Shown piece after piece: positions 24,156 to 37,500 of a stretch of 64,000 bases of DNA. The notes beneath the pieces were generated by a model. That model was not told the origin of the DNA. It was given only the letters and a program-made list of their open reading frames with translations, and did no database searches. The position numbers were made by a program, and so were the translations under genes. The stretch comes from Haliotis rufescens (taxonomy: Eukaryota), in the NCBI RefSeq assembly GCF_023055435.1, contig NW_025963779.1:64418001-64482000 (forward strand), written 5' to 3'. Position 1 is the stretch's first letter. Each line of letters begins with the position of its first letter.

Positions 24156-26508
24156 TAGGTATGTATGAGGGTGAATATTGATGAAGTCAAATGATTCAGA
24201 ATAGATGAGTTAGAGTAGATTTATGGTAGATTGATCATGAAATAGCCAAGTGATTTACTTTTGTTTTTAGGAAGAATACTTTGAAAAACTGTGATATTTG
24301 TGAGCAAACACACCAATGATGGAAACACATGTTTCTTAAGAAAGCTACTGTGTGTGGCTACAAGTTTGTATATCTGCAGTAGAAACTTCCCCATATTGAT
24401 ATATGCGCATTCTCATGTGTGTGGGTAGGAGTTTTGAATGAACACACATCTGTCCGGGACATGACCTAGTTGCTGCTACAATGAGAGCAGCGGGATGCAG
24501 TCATGTTACTCTTCGTCATGATGTTTACCAGGGTATATATAGATGCTGTGGCACAAGAAGTGCCTGATTATGTCTAAGTTCTGAAATAACTAAGGCAGAC
24601 AAGTGATATTTTCAACATCATTTTTGACAACAGCATGTTTCTTATTTAGTATTGGGCATGATCTTGTGAATCGAAACAGCCCATGCACCCAGTCTTACGA
24701 ATTCCTCAACGAGCAGGTGATTAAGGGCAATGTTGATATATGGTAACTGAAGTGAAGAAACATTAAGTATCAATTCAGAATGAAGGGTTCATGTATAGAG
24801 CTCAACATTTGCTAAGGACCAAAATAGTCATCTTCAGTTTAAGGTGTGGTCCTTAGCAAATGTTGAATTGAATATTATTTAATGGTTAGAACATTGTCAT
24901 ACTGTGTTGCCTGCTTGTAGGGCCCATCAACAGTATTGCTATATTGCAGGGCTTGCCAGGAGAACTGTGTTGTAGCTAATGTTTTGTCTTTTATTATTTG
25001 CTCATTGTCAGATGAGGATAAATTGAAGCCAATTCTTTTTTTCAATTGTGCAATATTAACAGAGATCTTATGTAATTTCTGCTGTCTTTCTATATTCATG
25101 ATGTTTGTAACACGTTTTTGTACTTTTGTAAAGAAAAACAATTTTAATTTAATTATTGTATATCATGTCAGTTTACTTGATCACAACTTGTATGTATTAC
25201 TATTAAGGCCAGCCTGTTCTTTTCTTATTTCGCAATCGGCCTGTTGCAAATTTTGCAGAAGTACAAAAAAGGTCACTGGATTAAAAAAGGTTTCATTAAA
25301 TGTATGTGGGTTTTTTCATATCCCCACTTGTTATGCTTGTTGAAATGTTTTAGATCCTTGTCTTTGAAAATGTATATATGATTTACAGGAGCTTTAGGTG
25401 GGACATGCAGAATAAAAAGTCCATACAAACAGTGATGAAAGTCTGGCCTACAAACAACTTGTGATCCTATTTTCCATGCATGATATTATTAGCGTGATAA
25501 GCTGGGATGTAACCTCAGTGTGTGTTCAAGGATGTATCTACACCTGCTTACAAGCCAATATTTGTCCCCAAGTCTGCAGCAGATGCCAGTACAAAAATTC
25601 TCAAATTAGAAATTATATTTTCCTAATGCATGTAGTAAGATTATGATGAAATGCTATGGCTTTGTTGTGGCAACTTGTATTACACAGATTACAAGACAAT
25701 AAAGAGGCAAAGGTTACAATGATTAGTTGTACAGTATTGTATTGAATGCAAGGTTAAATACCTGTACGAAAATAAGAACTACGAACGAAAAATCCCAATT
25801 TTGAAAAATAACGACTTGTTTCAGCAATTTGTCTGCCAGAGGCACTGTGTTTGGAATCGTAGATAAATCTGTGGTGTTGATGGATGTGACTATGTTTATA
25901 ACTTCCCAAGTTTGGTAAGGGAATACTGTCTGTGGTTGGGTGTTACGTGAGGTCGAAAAGGCCTGTGTATAAGTAACCTTTGTGTCATAATGTGCCTGGT
26001 TACCTGGTAATGACCCAACCCTGGTGGGGGATTGGTCCAATGTATACTACTCAAAAGAAGTTAGGGCATGACAGATTAACTGTAGTAATTTGAAAGGATC
26101 ATGTGTTCTTTAACTTGTTTTGAGTACTATATATCAGAAGAAGTGACTATAGTGAGGATCAGTTGGTCACCTGCCTGATTGTGTGTCATCGTGTCCAGAC
26201 ATATGATGTCATTGTTCTTGAGATCAAACACGGATTTACCTGGCCCAGACTTACCTTTACATACAAGCCATTGCAACATGGCAGAATGTTGCTGACTGTG
26301 GCATATAACAACATTCATTCACCAGTCTTTGTTTAATTAAAACAAAAATAGATTATAAAAATTAGCAATTACTTCTAGTAGCTGTATGAAAGTGATAGAA
26401 ACTTCTGTGTAATAACAGATTCTATTGACTATTAAGTTTAATGTTACTATGTAAGCTTAGTGTACGACACAGAAAGGAAATTTACTCTTCTCAGACTTCG
26501 GACAAGTG

Positions 26509-26790
26509 GCGGGGGCACGGGTGGCCCGGTCGTCTAAGGCGTCGCAATTCGCTGTGCAGAGTTGCGTCCCTTGGGTACGCCAGAAACCTATGATTGGGTT
26601 CGAATCCCGGTTTGCCCCGATTATGTTTCTAGGTTTGTCAGAACCATACCCGTGCTCGTGGGTTTCACCGAAGTGGTAAATGTCTGAGACCTGCATCACT
26701 TCGGGCTTTCCTCCCACATTAAGCTGACCCGCCGCAATATAACTGGAATACTGTTAAAAGCGGTGTTAAACCCAACTCACTCACTCACTC
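26509..26790 (+). mobile_element. SINE family B (enlarged tRNA-Leu-like head)
   Basis: TGGCCCGGTCGTCTAAGGCG A-box region, GGTTCGAATCC B box, shared tail and (CACT)n. Other copies at about 4414-4650, 28670-28835, 44510-44610, 48428-48633 (-) and 61635-61800. Confidence 0.8.
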
Positions 26791-27159
26791 GGACAAGTGG
26801 CTAAAGTCGCAGACTGCGTTGAACTTTTATGGTGGCAGGTTCATCTTATTAATACAAGAGTATTTTATTGGCTCTGTAGAAGAGGAAGTAACATCTCATG
26901 ACGGTTAAATTTATTGCTTAATGTTTCACACAGCCATGTTCAGCCAGGATCCATTAGGTCACAGACCGGTATGTCAAAGCTGCATGCACCCTGTGGTATT
27001 TGCTCCATGTTGCTGATGACATGCAAGGAGTGTGGACACACAGGGGAATCTATCTCCACCTGGAATGGAGCTATTGGGAGATGTCTTCACGTGTAATAAG
27101 ACTTGACATTGTAACTTCTCTTGTTAAGAACCTAGTTAAGTTTCAACAGAGCCTCATGT

Positions 27160-27670
27160 TAGTACACTATAAGGTGTAGCAGGATTACTTGGGGTATAGC
27201 GGGTTTTATGCGTCCAGCGTTAGGTTTTATACCACGGGCCATAGAAAACAGCTGGAAGCGGTTGGTATAAAACCTAATGAGGGACGCATAAAACCCCATG
27301 TACCCCGAGTGATCCCGCTTCAATGAATGTATCTTACCAACATGTTTTAATGCGACATTGTAAAAGAAATACAAACAAATTCAAAATTGATAGAAAGCAG
27401 CTGTTCAATTGAGCTGATGTTAGTTTGTGCCATGTCATATGACTTCCACTGACTTGGAAAAATTGTGCAGCTTTTTGCTTTGAAGCAGGGTATAAGGGAT
27501 TTATTCTGCCACTCAGAAATCCACGTGCAGCCTGTATTGCTTGTGGCAGGGTATAAAAGATTTATTCCCCCGCTGAGAAATTTATTACCCTCTAAGGCGC
27601 TACACAGTATTTTATCAAGATCACGTGGACCAATCAGATCTCATCATTCTGACATGGGGGTATGACAATG
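27160..27670. mobile_element. Putative non-autonomous element with an internal palindrome
   Basis: Long hairpin GGGTTTTATGCGTCC..AGGTTTTATACCA / TGGTATAAAACCT..GGACGCATAAAACCC (about 27190-27315). Boundaries approximate. Confidence 0.4.
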
Positions 27671-28844
27671 TGTTTTGTCAATATTTATTTGTCATAAGCT
27701 TTGTTGCATTTAGTTTCAGGATATGCTTATTGTGGGGTCAAGTCCCCAGTTCAGTTGATTCAGAGCCTTTGTTTGCACCTGCCCTGTGCTTCTTCTAGAT
27801 GTTACCTGTTGATCACAACACTAAAATATTAACATTGAATATTCTTAAGTGTGAGCGCCAATTCATTGTCACCATAAAATCATTTCTCATCACTTTAATT
27901 TATTCAAAAGGCACATTTTTTCTTATTTGTGTTATTCTGTTACGATCATTTTTATAAGCAGAGGAAAATTAACATAATCTCATAGCAATGAATATTGATG
28001 CACTGTCATGCTTATATGGTTTGTTATGGTTTTGCATCAAAACTCACTTGTATTATCACCTGTGTTTTAAAATGGTCAGTATATATTCTACTAAAACAAT
28101 GTTAAGGACTACCTGATTCTTTCATGTAACTGTAGTTGATAGATTGACTATACTAATATGAAAGAATCGGGTGATCCTTAACTGTGTTTAGGTATAATAT
28201 ATTGTCAAAGGTATGTATTACATGGAGTAGCCTGAATGTGAAACTATCTTCCATCCAGGGATAAATTAGAGACACTGATGTTCGCTACTCCACTGTGCCA
28301 AAGGACTTAGATACTCATAAACATGTGTCGAAATTAGTTATTTGAACTAGTGATAAAATTGTTAAAAATTAATTCTGTTCTAGTCTCTATACGTCAAATT
28401 TATTTTCACAATGTTCCCAGGTGCTAATAGTCTGCTGTTGAACTGTATTGTCTCTAACAGACATTACAAAGTGGATGTAAAACTTCTCCCTCGATGATAT
28501 AGGTTTTCTTTGGTTAACAATCAAAATACTGAGTTCCCATTCACACTCGACTGTTTGAGGTATTGTTTTGAAGTTGCGGTGGATGAGAGTTAGGCAATTC
28601 ATTTTAAGATGAATTATACACCAGCGATCAATGTCCTGACCGATTTTCTAAGGTGGCACATTTCACATTGCAGACTTGCATCCTTCAGGTAGGCAGTGAG
28701 GGATCCATGGGTGAGAATCCCAGATTCACCCCGATTCTGATCCTTGCTTTTTCAACGCCATGCTCATGGGTTTAGCCAACATGGTAAACATCAAAGACCT
28801 GCATCACTTTGAGTTTTCCTCACTCAGAAAGCTATCATGATTTA

Positions 28845-29187
28845 CCGTATTCGACGTAATAAGCACCCCGCTCTAATAAGCGCCCACGGCGACATTTGCT
28901 AAGATATTGGCTAATGAACATTCCCAATTAGCACCCCTTCCAATTGATCAATGTACACATGACTTATTTATTCGCGTATAATACGCACTCGTGTGTTATA
29001 TGCACCCTTAATTATGGGCATTTAATTCTGGAAAAATATATCTGTCGTACATAAACATTTCAGACTGTCAGCATAAACCACGAAATGTATCTTTCAACTC
29101 TGTATTTTTCACCAAAATAACATTCTAATAAGAGCCCCCTATTTCTAATTTTGAGAGCGCCCTGGGCGCTTATTACGTCGAATACGG
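28845..29187. mobile_element. Tc1/pogo-type MITE
   Basis: TIR CCGTATTCGACGTAATAAGC / GCTTATTACGTCGAATACGG flanked by TA; second copy at 59464-59785. Confidence 0.85.
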
Positions 29188-30229
29188 TATTTGAAATGCA
29201 AAATTCAATGTGGTGAAAATCCCAGCTTACTCATTGTCAGGATTTTGTACACTCTCATGTTTCATACACAGAATATGTAGTCAGTTTTACAGTGAATATT
29301 GTTAATTATATTTTGTTTTTCAATATGGTTGTGCTTTCATGTGTTTTGTACTCAGATGACTGTATATACATGCTGTTGTTTCTGTGTGGATCTCGGCTCT
29401 AGACAACCATCCTGTATGTGTATATATTGATTTGCATGTGTATATTCGTGCCACCTGACTCGGTATAGAGGAGCTGTCATGTATATTTATCATTGTAAAT
29501 TCAAAGGTGTTTAAAATTTCAGCTGATGTACAGAATGTATATTAAATGATGATCTATAGAAAAGTGTATTTGTTTTTATTTGGTAAGTTCAACAAAGAGT
29601 AGCTTGTATTTCCAGGCTGTTGAACAAGGGTTCTGAGTTTTAGTAAGAAGTTTCCTGTTATTCAAAGTAATTGTAGCAGCGACATTTTGTCAATGGATTC
29701 CATGTTTAGCCGAGATGCCAGCAATTTCGATTTTGACAGAATCATTACAATATTTGGGAATAAATTCCAGAATTAATGATTAAATCACATTTACTAGGCA
29801 AAAGAAGTTGAACACCCCAGTTTTTCATATGACTCTAGTTAATCTGCCTGTCATACATAATTTTTCATGTCACGACAGAGTTACTATAGTCATATAAAAG
29901 AATCAAGTGTTCTTTTGTATTATTAATTTGATAAGAAAATACATTACCAGTAATTCAGACAAGTGACTGACCTTGTTTCAGGCACTGTCACATGACCAAT
30001 AAATAAGTCCTAATTCTTTTAGCTTGAAGGTTTAGAGTTCTGGTGATGAAATTTAATAGGTGATTTATTTTTATCACTACCTTACAGTTAATCATGATAA
30101 TAATAGTAACTAATTATTTTTTAAACAAACAATTCTTCGTTTCAGTCCACCAAAAATGACCGAGTCATATGGAGTATAGTAACTGTTCTGGATACATCTG
30201 TGTAAGCACTTCTCCCTTAGAGTCAGGAA

Positions 30230-30406
30230 GGGGGCGGTCGGGTAGCCTAGTGGTTTAAGTGTTCGCTCGTCACGCCGAAGACCCGGGTTCGATTCCTGAC
30301 ATGGGTACAATGTGTGAAGCCAATTTCTGGTGTCCCCCCGCCCTGATTTTGCGGGAATATTGCTAAAAGCGGCGTAAAACCATTCTCACTCACTCACTCA
30401 CTCACT
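30230..30406 (+). mobile_element. SINE family A (tRNA-Asp-like head)
   Basis: A box TAGCCTAGTGG, GTC anticodon position, B box GGTTCGATTCC, shared tail GGAATATTGCTAAAAGCGGCGTAAAAC and (CACT)n. Other copies at about 6610-6688, 19714-19872, 58848-58970 and 34530-34640 (-). Confidence 0.8.
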
Positions 30407-31592
30407 AGAATCAGGCAGATCCTGCAGAATATACACAGCTCCAGTGACTTACTCCAACTGGCACTATCTTTCCAAGAAAATCAATATCTGTTAAGCATTT
30501 ATTCTGTTTCCTTTAAGTGTTTTGTTTAGTGATGACATCATCTAGTAAACGGAAAAGCTTTGTTACATCATTTTTTCATTCACTTCCAGCACGGCCCATC
30601 CGTCATCCAAAACACTGCTAGTATACCTGTCAAACTGACTATGTTAGGGGCAGACAATTTTCAAGTCCTAGCTTTAGGTTTATCAAGTCATCAATGCCAT
30701 AAGCTTGTTCTTTTGGGTAGTACATGCATCAGTGGCCATCTGAGGGCAGAAACTCGATTGTGATCTGCCTCAGGTTTGGATCATCGTACCGTGAAGGGAT
30801 GGATCAATACTCACAAAACCAATCAATGATTTCCCTGCTCTAGGACAATACATTTTGACAGCTGCCATAACTGTTTGTATTTTGTTACTGTATGCCATCA
30901 CTCACTCATCGATTGATGATTTATTACTTGTCAGTGTGCAATTAGAACTAACTCTCCAGCCAATCAAGATCCAAATGCTTTATTCACAGATTTACCACAG
31001 TGTCTAGCTGCATATTTTATTCTTATACTTAATGTACTATACTATGATCTAAACAAGCAGATAGGACTTGTACATAATTCCTACAAGTTGAACATAAAGA
31101 CCAATAATACAGATACACTTGGAAAACGCATATTCAAATTTCTGTAATAATTGGTAATTATCTTAAAAACATAAAGGCAATAGTTAATAATCATATTGAA
31201 ATCAAGTTCTTAGAAAAGTTTAAAACATTAGTACACATTATAATAGAATTTTTAATCTGATCAAATAAGTTCAAAACTAAATGTGTCAACTTTATTTCAA
31301 ATAAAAGGCTTTATTAGCATCAAGTTTATGGATAACAACTTTAATATACTGTAATAGCGACATTTCAGTATACAACCTTATACCTTTGTCAAGCAGGTCG
31401 AGTAATGAACGTGGTACAGAAATATATATGGTAGGTGAAGGACTCAAATATGGCTGCCTTTATGTACTTTGAGTCGGCCGATAGTAGATGGTGGTATCAC
31501 CCCCACAATGTTGTATGATGTGGACATGACGTCTACAATCATGGCAGCACAGCTGAAGATGCTGACCAAAGCAGCAAGCACACTAAACGATG

Positions 31593-34500
31593 CTAAGCAT
31601 TTCGGTGTTTGTTTCCCTTCTTGAGCCTGCTCTCCTTCAGCTTCTGAGCTTGTCTGGATATCGTCTTGTTCAAACTGCTGTACTTCTGGCTGTCATTCCT
31701 GTCAGAAAAGGTGATAATCAAGAGTTATCCTCCTTGGACCATAATATTGATTGATACCAAAGCCAACGTAATTAAAGGAAATAAGATTGACCATCTGCAT
31801 TCAATGACAACGGAATACAACTTCAACTGGGGTATTTCAAATCGTAATACTTGTAAGGATGTTAAATTATGAGTAGGTATTAGGCTAAAAAAAAAAATAG
31901 TCTTGGTTCCCAGGCACCCCCTGCATCATCATCAAGTTTGACACATGCTTCATTTTAATTTCCATTTCCCTAAATATTCAAAGTCAAAAATCGTATTCCT
32001 GTACACATGTATTTAACTCATCAAGGAATACATTTATGTCCGGTGCCCCTTTCCCACAACTGTTTTTTTGGTTACATACTAGTTTGAACAACCCCCCCAA
32101 AAACAAAAAAACACCACCCGAATACACTATATTTTCAAAAGCTATAGCCTGAGAACCAATTATTATTTTCTTAAGCCTTAGTTTAATTATTTTTTACTGG
32201 TACACAACAAACTGTCCACTCAAACAACAAGCTGGATATATATGTAATATTATGTTATGTACTGTACACAAACAACAGATTAGATATCTTAAAGTGAGTG
32301 AACACATAGATTTGATGTGAAAATAGTAAATCATAAGATTTTTCCATTTTACAACCTTTTTACAGATGACAAAGCCATTCACCAAGACAGTATTCATAGA
32401 CATAGTTCAACCAATACTAATTAAGCTCAGTAAACATTTCATGATATAATGTTGTACCTACTGAACATATCAGTGATAACAAAACAAAATGTCACTGATT
32501 CATGTACAACATGTACTGACAAACCTCAGATAAAACAATTTGAGGGTCCAGAGGTAGGTCATACTATAAATTTACGTGTGTTTTGTCTGTTGTTTAACAC
32601 CACACTCAGCAATATTTCAGCTATATGACTACGGTTTGGACCAGACAGCCCAGTGATTGACACCATAAGCATCGATCCACGCAATTGTTATACGATGACA
32701 TGCATCAACCAAGTCAGCGAGCCTGACCACCCGATCCCGTTAGTCACCACTTACCCATATTTTAATAGTTTCTTATCCTCATACAACCTTTTTCACAATA
32801 CCTCTCCCTTCGATCCCATGACACGGAACCCAGAACATGCCTCTATCAGGGGAGCTCTCTCCCCGTCACTGACCTTCCCTTGAACACCCACTTTCCACTT
32901 ATCTGAATGCTGCTAACAACATTTTATGATAAGTATACTAAGATATAATAAATATTGTAGTGTATATAAAATACTACCTATGAAAGAACTTCAGTGCACT
33001 TACTTGCCCATCTTGACCTTGTTGCGACATCCCAAACCTCCCTCCCAGTGTGAGGACTTCCCTCGGGTCAACATCTGCTGACAAGTCACACACGGTCGGT
33101 CTGGGGCATACATCTGAACAAAAGAATAATTACACTAACATTAGATGTCACAAATCTTACATCACCAGGCATGGTCAGGAAACTGTAGATGTGGCTAAAC
33201 ATGCTTAAAGAAAAATAATTTTTATGACCGTTTTGGGGCAACTTCTACAACTGGTAAAATGAAATTGTATACATGTATATGAGTCTCTGCCAAATGATAG
33301 GACAACATGCATTTCTCTTTCATTAATTTGTTCTAATGTTAATCAACTTTTTTCAATTTTCAAAGTGAGAAAAGTATTCTGCACTACATGAGCATATTAA
33401 TAAGATTTCACAACATGAATAATATGAAGATTTAAGAACATGAATGCTTACCTGTTCCTTACAGCAGAAGCCACAGATGACTCTGTTGGCAAACACCATC
33501 TCATGGCCATCGGACTGCTCGTCATGACACACATCACAAGGGTACACCATGCCACAACAGGGGAACCTGCAATACACCAGGCAGTTGGTCAGGAGGGGTC
33601 AGGGGGGGCCGAAACCTTGGTTAATAGCCGTCACAGCATCACAAACACATTGTGACAAGTTACACAGGTTCAATGCTGATTTTTGTCAAGTATGAAGTTT
33701 CTGAGTGAATTGTGTTATACGTGGTCAACAGTTTTAGTGTTGTACAGCAGGATTCATTTCTGTTGTCAGTTTCCACTCACCTGAACCAGCGGTAACTCTT
33801 CTTGTAGTGTTTGCAGGCACCATTGTCTGGCAGTGGCTTGCCCTCCTTTATTGCAGGGTCCTTCAGTACCCTTCGTTTCTTAATTGCAACCTCGTGAACC
33901 TTCTGCTTGGGGTCTGAAATAGAGAAACTGAGGTTAGAAGAAATTTTTTAAGTGGACTCCCAAGATTATATGCAGGGTTTGATCAATAATAAGGGTGGTA
34001 CAAGTTTGTCCTCAACAAATTCAAGGCCTTTTCTGGGCTTTTTCAAGGCAGTTTCAGTCAAATACAAGGCAAATAAATAACAAACAAGAAGTTCACTCAT
34101 TTGACTGATGTACACAGCCTCCAGCTTGTGACTTCACGTTTAAATTACTCGTAAGCACACAGCATTAGTGCATATGTTAGCAGACATTCAAAAGCAAGTT
34201 GCTCTTGTTGTCTTCCCACTACAACCTACCTGTGACAACACCAGATGGCTGAAGTTGAAAAAACTGTACAGTATCCGTAGCAATCTTCATCTTCTGATGG
34301 CAGTGACGACACCAGGTGTTGGACACCTGACCAGGAAGCAGACCCTAAAATTAAACAAAAAATTCTAAAACTATTGAATGATAATCAAAATCTTCTCTCA
34401 GTCAAACATCTACATTTGGTTTTCAAATTGGATAGGGTTGTCCAGGCGACCTGGATCCCCCCTTCATGATCTACCTCTGTGATAGTTTGTGACTGATTGG

Positions 34501-37500
34501 AAATAACAATGGGTTAATGCTGCTTTAGCTATTTTCAAGCAATATGGGACAGGGAATCCTGATGTGTGCCTCACATAGGTATAAAACCCTATTTTGGGTC
34601 TGACAAGCAGACTTGGACCACTAGGCTACAATATCACCCCAACATAATCAAGAGTATGAACCTTGAAAGTCAACCAGCTACTTAGTAGGAGACCAACAGA
34701 TTCCACCAAAAACAAACCCACAATACTACTTCCCAGACTAAGGATACGATTAGGTATACAGTCCAAGAAATACAAACAAGTCTGAATTAATTAAATTCGG
34801 GCACTGACTACTGTATTAGATCAAAAATCTTAATCAGTGCACCAATGCCTATCCCAAGATAAACCATTATATATATAATATTATGTTGTGTTCAACATGA
34901 AGTTGGCAAGATGATAGCTTACACTGATCTTCGACTCTTTAGAGCAGTTGACACAGCCAACCCTTGCTTCGCAATCTTGTAGCACAAGGTCAAAGGCTGT
35001 GCAGTTTTCAAGGTCAAGGTAACCCATGACTGAGGAGAACTGGTGCATGAGCACTGGTCGGAAGGTGAGCAGTTGGGACTGGTTACACTTGGTGCAGGAC
35101 ACGGAGTTGATTCTATGAGAAGGAGTGTTGAAGTCAGTGTGGTTCTTGCATCGTCCACACTGAATAGTTATGTGAATCTTGTCACACATCAGGGTGTTTG
35201 CTCCTTCTCGCAACTGCAGATTTTTCAAAGTGATCTCTGTTCCTTTCTTCTCCGTGTCCATATCACGGTCAGTATTGTGAGAGGCAGGTGTAGGCTCGCT
35301 GTCCTCATCTGAGCAAGTTTCCCCTGAATCCACGTCGCTGTACTCATCAGAATCTTCCTCTGAGCCGTCCAGTTCCAAGTCCTCATTATTTTCCGATGCC
35401 TTGTACTTAGTCTGCAGCTCAGTGGCATTAATGAACTGGAAACCAGCTGCCTTCGCCACAATTTCTCTTTTCATCTGTAAATAAAATGCATATCTTGCCT
35501 GAACCTAAATGGATGACTGGATGAGAGAATACACAAGTTTAGTTTCACACTGCTAACACCAACATACCAGCAACATCACAGACAGGGGCTTCACATATCT
35601 GAAGACGAAACATGGCGGCAAATCATTTGGCACTGTTTGATAAATTGGGGGATTCACTAAAACATAGTGTTCATACACAGTCTCAAAAGTTACTTCATTC
35701 AATGAAATTACATCTTAAACATCCATAATTTTAAGCAAGACACAATACGATAAAGAATAAAGATACATGTATTACTACCCTGTGTCTCCATATCATAAAT
35801 ATCATAAATCAGGAATAAGAAATAAATCTTGTTCTCACCACTGGCTCACACAATACAGGTTTTATTTCTAATATCTCAGGACAAACAACCTTTATATATT
35901 ACCAGTGCAACAGTGCATAATTTACCTGTTTCAGTGCTTCAGTAACATTAGCTTCAAGGCTCTTGTCAAACCATCGGAGAAATGGTCTGAAGATAATCTC
36001 ATAATTTCCTTGTGTTTCCAAATAGTCCCTTTTCTCCTTCACCCAACCAACAACACAACTGTCCAGGTATCTGTGGAAATCATATGATCTTTTAGAGATC
36101 AACCACATAAAGATAATCAAAAGATCTGACAGCTTAAAAATAATCATGTTTAAGTTCTCAGTAGGTGATCATGGTTAACATGGTTAAACATATTATAATT
36201 ATTTTGCAATCCATACTGGAAATATTTTGATAGTGCATCCTTCATATTCATGGAATATAAATTGTTTATTCAGCTGTATTAGCATGTTTAGATAATCTCT
36301 AAATTATCATGCGATACATCTTCATATTCGAAACTCTAGTAGAAGACAAATAATTTACCCAAGCTGATTCTTTTGTACTGGTAATGTTACTTCATTTTTT
36401 AATCATTTTATGCTTAACTGTTTTGCTCAACATGCACAAAAACAAGACAGATTTAACCTTCCCACTGTAGCTGGCAAATCTTGATCCTCTGGCAGAGTGA
36501 TACTCAGCATCTGAAACATTTAGAATCGAGACTGTATCACACAATTTATTTCTGTCCAGATCATGTGGTGGAAACAACATCTGCATGTCAAGTACCTTGT
36601 TTTATCTGTCATACATGTCATCATTAGTTATAATTGATGCTAAATTTTAATGAGAAAATCCACTCAAAAGGATCATCAAGCAAATACCCTAACTTAAAAA
36701 GACTTTTCTAAATAAAACATCTGACAATTTCTTCTCTTATTAAACAAGAAACACAAAGTACACTGTAGTAATAGGCAATAAAGTCACAAACTTACCTCAC
36801 GGGGGTAGGTAGAAGGAATAGTGAACTCAAGTTCAAAGTTCTTGACATCATATGGCTGTAAAAAAGATGTAACCATGGTAACAGCAATAAATAAAAGTTC
36901 TTTTCTCAAAGATGGCTATCATTAACACAAAGTAAGAGTAATTATGAGTAAATAAATTTATCATGTTAACAAAATGTTGATCTTCATCAGGTGTACAATC
37001 CACTTAGAAATTAGTAGTTTGATATACATTGGTTTAACATATCTACTATGTGCTATTTCAGCATATTCAATTAAAGTACAGTACGGCGTTAAAGTACCGG
37101 TACTTACCCAATCAGGGTCACTTGGATGGAAGTTGACATTGCACTGAAAAGTGTCCGGATCATCATTTATGACTTTGCATCTGTCTCTGGGGAACCTTTT
37201 TTTCAGTTGATCAATCTCTGTCTTTCTTAGCTTATCCATTTCCTCTTGAGAAGCTGTCTCTCTTCTCAAAAGGATTTTCTGATTTGGGGGCTTAACAGGG
37301 GGCCTGCTGGGAAAGGTCTGCTGTCTTTGACCTGAGCTCATCTGTTGTCTGGCTCCAGAACCATTTGTAGAATCCTTAGATTCAGCCGCAATCTTGGTAT
37401 TGCCATGATTGCTTGTTTCTTGAATATCAACTGACTCATCAAAATTTTCAATCAAATCATCCATCATGTCCATGGGATGCCAAAACCGACATCTCTCTCC

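Noticed and set aside
24875-26040. Short ORFs downstream of UBAP1
   Set aside because: AT-rich, with no motifs or consistent splice structure; likely UTR or intergenic.
30230-30305. tRNA-Asp gene
   Set aside because: The acceptor stem is imperfect, there is no poly-T terminator, and it runs into a SINE body and tail.
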